A stretch of 64,000 bases of DNA from a virus. Its lineage: Duplodnaviria; Caudoviricetes. Shown here in pieces: positions 8,186 through 16,273 of this stretch. A program made the position numbers and the translations under genes. Below the pieces are notes generated by a model that saw only the letters and a list, made by a program, of their open reading frames with translations, was not told the DNA's origin and did not search any database. The stretch is taken from positions 94,918 to 158,917 of IMG/VR virus record IMGVR_UViG_3300021256_000062. The stretch is one strand, 5' to 3'. Numbering within the stretch: position 1 is the first letter of the stretch; every line of letters starts with the position of its first letter.

Positions 8186-8302
8186 AAGACTCATTTATCA
8201 TGGGTTTTGCAGGACTTGAACCTGCTACTTTCAAATTAGAAGTTTGACGCTCTACCAAATGAGCTAAAAATCCTAGAATGGAGTATTTGCAGTATGAGTC
8301 TT
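8186..8302 (-). ncRNA. Clamp RNA 4 enclosing a near-complete tRNA-Arg(TCT)-like cloverleaf (8201-8273)
   Basis: AAGACTC-ATACTGCAA ... GAGTCTT-G; GGATTTT/AAAACCC acceptor with one mismatch, TCAAA-CTTCTAA-TTTGA, no discriminator+CCA tail. Confidence 0.8.
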
Positions 8303-8378
<76 letters not shown>

Positions 8379-8531
8379 ATTTTAAGTGTTGATTTTCCTA
8401 GGTTCAACACTAGCTTATAAGCTATCCCACCCATCGGAAGGAGATAAGTCACCACTTTATCTTTCTTTCATTTATCAGATGAACGCTTTATATCTATTAT
8501 AACTGTTCTATAGTAACAGATATAAACTATA

Positions 8532-8607
8532 TGGTGGAGCTAGTCGGGTTCGAACCGACGACTTTCAACTTGCAAAGCTGACACTCTCCCAACTGAGTTA
8601 TAGCCCC
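8532..8607 (-). tRNA. tRNA-Ala(TGC)
   Basis: GGGGCTA start with G3-U70, TCAGC-TTTGCAA-GTTGA, CCA. Confidence 0.95.
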
Positions 8608-8694
8608 AAACATGTCCAAGCTTAAAGTACGAGGACAGAATCCTACTAGAAGATAACTTAATATATTATACAATAATTGTTTTTAATTTTATAC

Positions 8695-8758
8695 AAGACT
8701 CTATTTTGGGTATTATGATTAAAAGTCATAGCCTAAAATAAATTGCGGTATAAGTCTT
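8695..8758 (-). ncRNA. Clamp RNA 5 displaying a Lys(TTT) anticodon stem-loop
   Basis: AAGACT-TATACCGCAA ... AGTCTT-G; TATTTTAGG/CCCAAAATA stem capped by TATGA-CTTTTAA-TCATA. Confidence 0.8.
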
Positions 8759-8792
8759 TTTAAATTGTTCTTTATATTATTTTAAATGATTC

Positions 8793-8898
8793 AAGACACT
8801 TCTTTTTGCGTATACCATTTCGCCACTTAGCACATGCTGCTGAGATAGGATTCGAACCTATAATAATCTAAAAGATTAAGGTTTGCTGTATGTGTCTT
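8793..8898 (-). ncRNA. Clamp RNA 6: YrlA-like permuted tRNA (variable arm, T arm, loop-closed acceptor, D arm)
   Basis: AAGACAC-ATACAGCAA ... GTGTCTT-G; ATAGG-TTCGAAT-CCTAT, CTCAGCA-GCATG-TGCTAAG, TG-GCGAAATGGTATACGC. Confidence 0.8.
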
Positions 8899-8932
8899 TA
8901 TATCAGTAAAATTATTTATTTTATAAGTAATC

Positions 8933-9072
8933 AAGACATTCTTGTTGATTTTAAGTGTGATACCATTACACCACTCCCCTATATAATTAAATATATGGCA
9001 GGGGAGGAATGGATTCGAACCATCATCACTGGAGTTGCAGTCCCTATCATTTAGAATTGCAGTAAATGTCTT
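8933..9072 (-). ncRNA. Clamp RNA 7: circularly permuted tRNA with Cys(GCA) anticodon arm and internal CCA
   Basis: AAGACAT-TTACTGCAA ... ATGTCTT-G; order GGA-CTGCAAC-TCC, GATGG-TTCGAAT-CCATT, CTCCCCT-G-CCA, AT hairpin, AGGGGAG-TG-GTG-TAATGGTAT-CAC. Confidence 0.8.
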
Positions 9073-9081
9073 TATTTTATT

Positions 9082-10713
9082 TTATAACCAAGAAGGTTTA
9101 TCCATCTTTGATATAGTATTTCCAGACCACTTAATTCCAGCTTTAGTGACATTCTCTAAATATGGAATTGAATCATATGTCTTAACATCTAATTCCTTAA
9201 CTAGTGCTAAGAATGGGTCAGTCTCACCATTTAACACCATATTTAAAGTATTAACTGAGAATCCTGATACTAATACAACACCATTTTCATTTTGTGTTAA
9301 TGGAATAGTGTTTGTTCTAGAACATACATTCCAGAATACTAATTTAGGTAATTTATATCCTGCACTAGCATATTTTGTTTGCGCATTTCTAAATACATTA
9401 CTATCACTATTAAAATGATTATAACCATATGAAGAATCAAATTCCATATCTGAAATAATTAAAATTTGTTCAGGCATATCTTCAGGTTTAACCTTACCTT
9501 CAACAGCTGTCTTTAAGATTAAATTGAATACATTCTCAATATTAGTGTTTGAACAATCACTATAACAAAGACAAGTTTGTAATTTAGAATGTAATGATTG
9601 ACACATAGATAAATCTACTAATTTAGCTTGAGATGAGAAAGTAATAAACTTATCTTTAAATGTATCATTTAATCTTTCTGAACAATAAATTGCCAATGCA
9701 GTTGATACATCTAATGCGGTTGTATTACCAGAACCTACTTTTGACGTCATTGAACCTGAACCATCTCTAACAACGATTGTGTTATTTAAACCATCTTTTT
9801 GTTTTAGGTTCTTCCATAATTGTTCTAATGCTTCATCATAATCAGTTAAATGTGAATACCATCCATCACAATTAAAGTATTTAGTAACAATTTCGTGTGG
9901 GAAGTTAACTGAAGAATTAATCTTTACTTCCTTACCATCCTTATCTACACCTACTCTTAATGCAGCTAAGAAATCTCTACGTCTTTCTTCATCGTGTCTT
10001 AAGAAAGCATCCTTATACTTTAAGTTTGCTTTTGATGGAACTTGATTATAATCAATCTTACTCCATTCATTTGCAGATGTATAAGTTTCAATTACCTTTA
10101 AGTATGCTCTTAACTTTGATAAAAGTTGTCTATACTCTTTAGATGTTGCACCAAATGATTTGATGAAAATCTTTGCCAATTTCTTTGTTTTAGGAGATGA
10201 TGCATTTTCAGATGGCATCCACTTAGCTAATAATGAAATTGGTTTGTTATTATTCATATTAGTGAAATCTTGTTTTAATTGACTTAAAACAGTTTGTACC
10301 ATAAAATCTTGATATTCAGTACCAATGAAAACAAATAAGTCATCATATCTACCAAATTCAACTATTTGAGTCTTAATTAAGTCTTTAACAATTTCATCTT
10401 TATTCTTGAAATCTGAAACCTTAATTAAATGATTTAAGGCTACTCTAAATAATCTTCTTTCACCTAATCCTTCTCTTACTCCTCTTACATAGAATAAGAA
10501 TTTTAATAAGTATCTAGCATCACCTTGTTCAGCTAATACTAAATCAATATCCTTACAAATATCAGCATCTGTAAGTTTACGATATGAAGTTACCTTGAAA
10601 TTCATATCTAGTAATGGGTGGAAAGTAGTCTTATATCCCTCCATACCATTTTCAGTAATTGATACATTGTTTTGTACCTTTTTCATAGTTCCATAAAAAT
10701 CCATATTATCCAT
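9082..10713 (-). CDS. DUF2828-family protein (TROVE/Ro60-like helical domain + C-terminal vWA)
   Basis: TENG..., FYVRGVREGLGERRLF, FGRYDDL, LLAKWMPSE, IDYNQVPSKA, MIDAS VRDGSGSM, IISDMEFD, FWNV, VSGFS. Confidence 0.85.
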   Translation of the reverse strand: MDNMDFYGTMKKVQNNVSITENGMEGYKTTFHPLLDMNFKVTSYRKLTDADICKDIDLVLAEQGDARYLLKFLFYVRGVREGLGERRLFRVALNHLIKVSDFKNKDEIVKDLIKTQIVEFGRYDDLFVFIGTEYQDFMVQTVLSQLKQDFTNMNNNKPISLLAKWMPSENASSPKTKKLAKIFIKSFGATSKEYRQLLSKLRAYLKVIETYTSANEWSKIDYNQVPSKANLKYKDAFLRHDEERRRDFLAALRVGVDKDGKEVKINSSVNFPHEIVTKYFNCDGWYSHLTDYDEALEQLWKNLKQKDGLNNTIVVRDGSGSMTSKVGSGNTTALDVSTALAIYCSERLNDTFKDKFITFSSQAKLVDLSMCQSLHSKLQTCLCYSDCSNTNIENVFNLILKTAVEGKVKPEDMPEQILIISDMEFDSSYGYNHFNSDSNVFRNAQTKYASAGYKLPKLVFWNVCSRTNTIPLTQNENGVVLVSGFSVNTLNMVLNGETDPFLALVKELDVKTYDSIPYLENVTKAGIKWSGNTISKMDKPSWL

Positions 10714-10720
10714 CCTTTCT

Positions 10721-10782
10721 AGACACTACCATGTATATCCAACAACCATTAGACTTTACACTATTTGTTGCTGTATGTGTCT
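10721..10782 (-). promoter_or_regulatory. Clamp RNA 8 in the 5' leader of the DUF2828 gene, abutting its RBS
   Basis: AGACAC-ATACAGCAA ... GTGTCT immediately followed by AGAAAGG-ATG. Confidence 0.75.
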
Positions 10783-10802
10783 TATGTATTTTTACAAGTT
10801 CT

Positions 10803-10831
10803 ATTATACCATTATTTAATTACTTTGTCAA
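10803..10831 (-). promoter_or_regulatory. sigmaA-type promoter of the DUF2828/clamp-RNA operon
   Basis: TTGACA-17-TATAAT. Confidence 0.85.
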
Positions 10832-10864
10832 CCCCTTAAAATTGACTAATTAATTTTTTATAAT

Positions 10865-12030
10865 TAAGATGTCCATGTAATACCTACTCATAGGTGTTAA
10901 CAACTCCTTAGGACTGAAGGGGAAGTGGTTTACATCCTTCGTATACTCCTCAAAGTATACCCGCTATTAATTAACTAAATTAAGGCTCAATATTATCTAT
11001 GGATAATATTGGAATAACTTGTGCTATTCTTTTACGCACTTAACCGCACGATTTATCTGTCGCCATCAAGGTTTATGGGTGCGACCCTGAGTTTGCTCTC
11101 TTCTACGCTGTATTCAGACTTCGCACTTATGGTAGCGAGGCACCAATAATTTTAACTGAACAAGGGTCGTTGTATTTCACATTCAGACCCTCAAAACTGT
11201 CAAGTGAATGATATTCTAGGTGTCATTCCCACTATTAATTTGTATTCAACAAGATACTCATCTAAGAGTACCTTGTGTTTTTGAATGTTTTCAGGCTAAC
11301 ATACAACCTTTCGCTAATCTAATAGCACTTTGTGAGGCTCAACCTCACTTGTCTTGAATAATAATTTGGTTGGACTTGAACCAACAATGGCTTTTAACCG
11401 ATAGGCTATGTGTTGCCAATCCCTATCTCATCGTTTCACCCATAAGGCATCTTTTTATTGGATTGAACGCTTGTGATTTCCCTCATTAATCTACAAATTA
11501 TTATTTTATATCAAGAGTTCCCTTTGCTAACGTGTCAGGTGGGTAGACCTATAATGTCGCAGCTCACATCTGCTAGACATTTACTTTTCGAACTGCTTAA
11601 GTCAGTTATTCCTACTTCGCAACTCAGTCCATTACGCTGTTTAATTTTTTCTACATTATAGGCCAAACGGGTTTAAATGCTACTTATGGTTCTCACATAA
11701 TCTTTCCGAAACTAAGTCGGTGCTTCGCATACTAGGAATAGTAAACATAATGTAAACTATTACGCTATTTGATGTATATCCCACATGATTAGGAGTTCTC
11801 ATTTAAATTGTAGTCACTATATAGTTTTCCTTCTAAGATTTCATTTTATATAGCGAAAAAATCAAATCCGCTAGTGTGTGATTAAAACCACATCCACCGC
11901 CACCTTATTTTTCTAAATAAGGAAAATATTTGCTCTTATTCTATGTTCTTTATATCGAGCTAACTTTTAGGAGTTTTTCATCCAATATATTTCAAGGACT
12001 AAAGTTAATTGAAATAATTAAGTTTCTCTA
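10865..12030 (-). ncRNA. Large (~1.15 kb) structured ncRNA candidate (GOLLD/ROOL-like class, family unassigned); ends approximate
   Basis: No credible ORF, raised GC, many hairpins and long-range complementarities, embedded tRNA-elbow domain, TGTATAAT -10 at ~12043-12050. Confidence 0.7.
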
Positions 12031-12060
12031 TTGAGATATTATATTATACAATATTTATTT

Positions 12061-12714
12061 TTAATTTTGTCTATAGGCATATAAGTCATCACCTAGATAT
12101 AATTCCTTACCATCATAACCAGAAAGAAAATGACCTCTTCCATCTAATGATAGACATTCTTCTACTATGGCATCAGTATCTAGACCAATAGTTCCATCTT
12201 TAATTAATCTTCTAACTTGTTCTTGTCCAAAATTAGATACAAACCATTGATAAGGGTCTCCTGCATTTTCAACTAAATATGCAGTATATTGTTCTTTTGC
12301 ATCATCTAAATCAACATCATCATTTAAAATAGGATATTCTTCATCTTCATCATCTGAATCATAATGAATATCATCACCTCTAATGAATCCATTTTGTAAT
12401 AATTCTTGAATAAGTTCATCTTCTTCCATTTCATCTACATAGTATTCCATGTCTTCTTGTAGAGCTTCTTCAAACCAATTCTCATTATCTAATGCATTTT
12501 CAACAATCCAATCTTGGAATGATGGAGTAAATGCTTCTAATCCCATTTCATCTATTGAGTTTTCAATATCATTATATGCAGCGTCATCGGCTTCTGAATC
12601 AGTATATACAGCATATTCTTGGTCACCATATTCAAAATGGTCTTCATCATATCCTTCAACGATGTCTTCAACATCACATTCTAAAAATTTTGCCAATTCT
12701 TCAATCTTTTCCAT
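12061..12714 (-). CDS. Highly acidic hypothetical protein
   Basis: 217 aa, D/E rich, own promoter at 12744-12771 (16 nt spacer). Confidence 0.75.
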   Translation of the reverse strand: MEKIEELAKFLECDVEDIVEGYDEDHFEYGDQEYAVYTDSEADDAAYNDIENSIDEMGLEAFTPSFQDWIVENALDNENWFEEALQEDMEYYVDEMEEDELIQELLQNGFIRGDDIHYDSDDEDEEYPILNDDVDLDDAKEQYTAYLVENAGDPYQWFVSNFGQEQVRRLIKDGTIGLDTDAIVEECLSLDGRGHFLSGYDGKELYLGDDLYAYRQN

Positions 12715-12785
12715 AAATCATACCTCTTTCTTAAGATAATTCCATTATACCATTAAAAATTGATTTGTCAATACTCTTGATATAA

Positions 12786-15725
12786 TTATTTTAAATCTTT
12801 ATCTAAAATTATATCATCATCAGTTAAATCATCTAAATCTAGATAATCATCAACATCAATTTCTTCAATTTCATCATCATCTTCATCTTTAATAATTTTA
12901 ACATTATTTAAATCATAATTATAAATTAAAGTACCATCAATATCATCATTGTACATTGAAATCTCTAAAGTATTACCTTCAGTAGATAGTATGATATCTG
13001 AACTTCCAATATAATCTTCTAATTTTCTCATTAATTCATCATAGAATTCATCATAATCATAAAATTCCCAACCATCTAAATATCTGATTGCCTTTTCTAC
13101 ATTATCATTAAATTTATTTTGTGCATAATTTCTTTCAATTCTTTTTTGTTTCTCTTGGTCATAAGTCTTTATAACTAACACAGGGAACTTTGTATCCCAT
13201 CCAAATAAATCCCCAGCTACCATCATTCTATGAAGACCCTCTTGTCCTGGATAATATGATAAATCAAGAACTGCAATAGGGAATTTCTTCTTCTTATCAG
13301 TGATAACTGTCTTAAGATAATCCAATGTCTTCTTATCATATTCTCTTTGTTGTTTTAAGTCGTTTGCAGTAACTTTCTTATGTTTCTTACTACTGAACAT
13401 ATCTGCACAAGCCTCATAATATTCTTGTGGAGACATTTGAACTATTTCACCAACTAAATTCTTTTTATTCTTATAATAATCAACATCATTACCTAATAAT
13501 AAATCTTTCCATGAACCAGTGGTACCTGTAGTTGATGTATCAAATATATCACTACCATTTACATCTCCTGTACCATAGTCAAAATCATCACTTTCCTTTA
13601 ATTTAGTTCTAAAGTTTTCAATGAACTCTAAACGTTTAGGATTTCCACCTAATACATCAAATAATTTAAAGTTTTTAATGTCTTGATATCTTGAATAGAT
13701 ATATCCATCATCAGTTTTATATTTAAAGTTATAATCATCTCCTACCACATCATATATCTCAAATTCATTAGTATGGTATGAATCAGGACAATAAATAGCA
13801 CATACTTGGTTCTTATCAAAATCATTTACTAAATCAGTACTTAAGTAACCATTTTGATATGCTGCATTTTTCATATCAGTATGAACACAATCATATGCAT
13901 TTGCAACTAAATATAAATTACCTTCAATATATAATCTTTGTGGTTCAGTTTTTGATAATAGGAAATTCTTAACTTGATATGGACTTTCAAACATATATAC
14001 ATCAAAAGCATCTTCATCAAATTTAACCATTTCAGTAAGTGATTCTTTTTTATCCCAATATGAATAGGCAACAGCTAATCTTTGTTTTTGATTTGGATAT
14101 TCTTTTTCAGTTGCACTCATAAATCTTGATATGAAATCTTTTTTAGTTTCATTATCTTTAGGATAAATTTCCAATAATTTACTTTCATTTATGTTATTAC
14201 TATTACTTGGATTCTTATTATCTATTAATTTTATTTGGTTAGGGTAAAAGGTAATGATTTGAGTATCAATACCTGCATTCATCATAGAATTGTATAAAAT
14301 AATTCCATCATAATCTCCCTCGCCTTGAACAGCGTCTATTACATCATAATATGATGTATCATTACTAAAATCATAAGCACCTAATAATGTGAAATACAAA
14401 TCTGGTGTATTTATTCCAAATTCATTGACTATATCTAATTCATTTTCAAAATAATCTTCACCATTGTCGTGTGCTTCTACAAAGTCCCATAACTTATCAT
14501 AGTCTATAATAAAAGGCTTTTCTAAATTTAGATAACATTCTTTTATCTTATTTCCATAGCCTAAAGAGAATTGTTTATTTGGAGTAAAAAATGTAGCATA
14601 TTTAAAAACATCGAAATCTTTATTTGTGGAATGATAACAAACTAATAATCTACCTTGATTATCTCTTACTTTACTATTCTTAAAAAACTCTACTTGCTCA
14701 TTACTAAGTGGGTTTCCTTCGCTATCTACTTCTTGTGATAAGTCTTCATTAAGTTCTTCATTTACAACACAATTATCAAAATCAACCAAACCATAAGTAA
14801 TAACACCACCTTCATCAGCCTTAATGCCGTCATATCCTAGAGATTGAATTAATACATAAAATGGGTATTCTGATGTTATATCGTAAATGTAATTTGAACT
14901 TTCTAACCTAAAACCAAATTGTGAAAGGAATTGTTTTAATTGTGTAGGTGTCATCTCAATTAACTTACAAAAGTTAAGAAATTCTTTGCTGTATTTACCT
15001 TTTACATTCCATATAGATGAACCTATATACCCTACATCTAGCAATTCACATTTAGAAAAATCTATATCTTTACTAAAGACCTTATTACCATATTCTTGAG
15101 CATATTTTTTATTTGGTGTAAACCAAGTAAGTCTATCTTTAGAATTAATTAATTTATCACTATCTTGACCATGATAGACAAGTTCTTCATCTAAACTTGT
15201 ATGTTCACCTACTATGTCAAAGTATCTATCTTCCCACTCATCAAATTGTTTTTCTAACTCATCATAATCTATTTCAGGTATTTCAGTTCTAACAGGTTTT
15301 TTTATCCATCCAGTATATAGAGAATAAACACCATTTGATTTAGCTGGTTGGTTTACATCTTCTACATATAATTCAACTTCTCTACCCTTTACTTTTATTT
15401 CATATTTACTGTTAAATAATGATTTATAGGCATTACAAAGTAATTGCATTATCTTTATGTCATCAGTAGTTCCTAAATCTGCTACTATATGTAAATCAAT
15501 ATCAGACATGTCAGTATAGTTATAATTTGCACTTGAACCTAATAATCTTATATCAACTACATCAAGAGTTAATCCATCTTCTTTTAGGTCATCTAAAAAA
15601 CTATCAGCTATATCTAATAATCTTTCTTTTACATCATCTCTTAATTCATCATCTTCATTCCATAATTTAGGATTAAGTGTATCATTAACTTTTATTTCTT
15701 CATTTAAATTTTTATCTATTTTCAT
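12786..15725 (-). CDS. Polyvalent protein: N-half of a nucleotidyltransferase + 2 ART-PolyVal-like + unknown module + ParB-like domain
   Basis: LNPKLW, GSSANYNY..SDIDLH, ELYVED, GVYS..W; YHG/YHS..FT...A..YG..GYDGI; EGLHR; LxE[ESD] linkers. Confidence 0.75.
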   Translation of the reverse strand: MKIDKNLNEEIKVNDTLNPKLWNEDDELRDDVKERLLDIADSFLDDLKEDGLTLDVVDIRLLGSSANYNYTDMSDIDLHIVADLGTTDDIKIMQLLCNAYKSLFNSKYEIKVKGREVELYVEDVNQPAKSNGVYSLYTGWIKKPVRTEIPEIDYDELEKQFDEWEDRYFDIVGEHTSLDEELVYHGQDSDKLINSKDRLTWFTPNKKYAQEYGNKVFSKDIDFSKCELLDVGYIGSSIWNVKGKYSKEFLNFCKLIEMTPTQLKQFLSQFGFRLESSNYIYDITSEYPFYVLIQSLGYDGIKADEGGVITYGLVDFDNCVVNEELNEDLSQEVDSEGNPLSNEQVEFFKNSKVRDNQGRLLVCYHSTNKDFDVFKYATFFTPNKQFSLGYGNKIKECYLNLEKPFIIDYDKLWDFVEAHDNGEDYFENELDIVNEFGINTPDLYFTLLGAYDFSNDTSYYDVIDAVQGEGDYDGIILYNSMMNAGIDTQIITFYPNQIKLIDNKNPSNSNNINESKLLEIYPKDNETKKDFISRFMSATEKEYPNQKQRLAVAYSYWDKKESLTEMVKFDEDAFDVYMFESPYQVKNFLLSKTEPQRLYIEGNLYLVANAYDCVHTDMKNAAYQNGYLSTDLVNDFDKNQVCAIYCPDSYHTNEFEIYDVVGDDYNFKYKTDDGYIYSRYQDIKNFKLFDVLGGNPKRLEFIENFRTKLKESDDFDYGTGDVNGSDIFDTSTTGTTGSWKDLLLGNDVDYYKNKKNLVGEIVQMSPQEYYEACADMFSSKKHKKVTANDLKQQREYDKKTLDYLKTVITDKKKKFPIAVLDLSYYPGQEGLHRMMVAGDLFGWDTKFPVLVIKTYDQEKQKRIERNYAQNKFNDNVEKAIRYLDGWEFYDYDEFYDELMRKLEDYIGSSDIILSTEGNTLEISMYNDDIDGTLIYNYDLNNVKIIKDEDDDEIEEIDVDDYLDLDDLTDDDIILDKDLK

Positions 15726-15907
15726 ATATCTATCCCTCTCCTAAATTATACAATTTTCAATTATCACATTGACAAATTGTTTTCAAATAATTAACCAATA
15801 CACACATCTCATAGATAGATAAAGAAGATGTATTGTGGTTTTCAATTACATCTTCTATAATATTACTATCTAAATACTTATTAAATTTAATAGTATAATC
15901 ATTTTAA

Positions 15908-16273
15908 TTAATCATCTTGTTTTTTGAATGGATATAATTTATTACCTGGTTTTTGAATAATATGTGCAGATGTATATATTCCAGATGAATCATCTTCTTT
16001 CATATCTTCAGGTTCATATGTAATTATATCTATTCCTTTTTGTTTAAAGAATTTAACTATCTCATTATCAAAGAATTGATGGTCATGGATTTTATCTCCC
16101 TCATCAATATGTGCAATCAAAACAAAGTTAGAATTATCTCCATCACTTTCAGCTGTTACACTGTAGTATTTAGGTATATCTAATTCTTTAAAATATGTTT
16201 CGATTTCTTTTGGTAATGTTTTAATTTCACTCTTTGTAAAAGCTGGATTACTATCTTCTTTCGATTCTTTTAG
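15908..16273 (-). CDS. Probable -1 frame C-terminal extension of the 16270-20352 gene (track ORF 15908-16120 is its distal part)
   Basis: Open frame from the A9 run, starting LKESKEDS...; no convincing start or RBS of its own. Confidence 0.6.
   Translation of the reverse strand, partial: LKESKEDSNPAFTKSEIKTLPKEIETYFKELDIPKYYSVTAESDGDNSNFVLIAHIDEGDKIHDHQFFDNEIVKFFKQKGIDIITYEPEDMKEDDSSGIYTSAHIIQKPGNKLYPFKKQDD

Noticed and set aside
9619-9628. Extra AGCTAAATTA copy
   Set aside because: Inside the DUF2828 coding sequence; probably chance in AT-rich DNA
10865-12030. Large ncRNA as RNase P, a group I/II intron or rRNA
   Set aside because: No GAGGAAAGTCC P4 signature, no group II domain V, no interrupted flanking gene and no rRNA signature seen by eye; a covariance search is still needed
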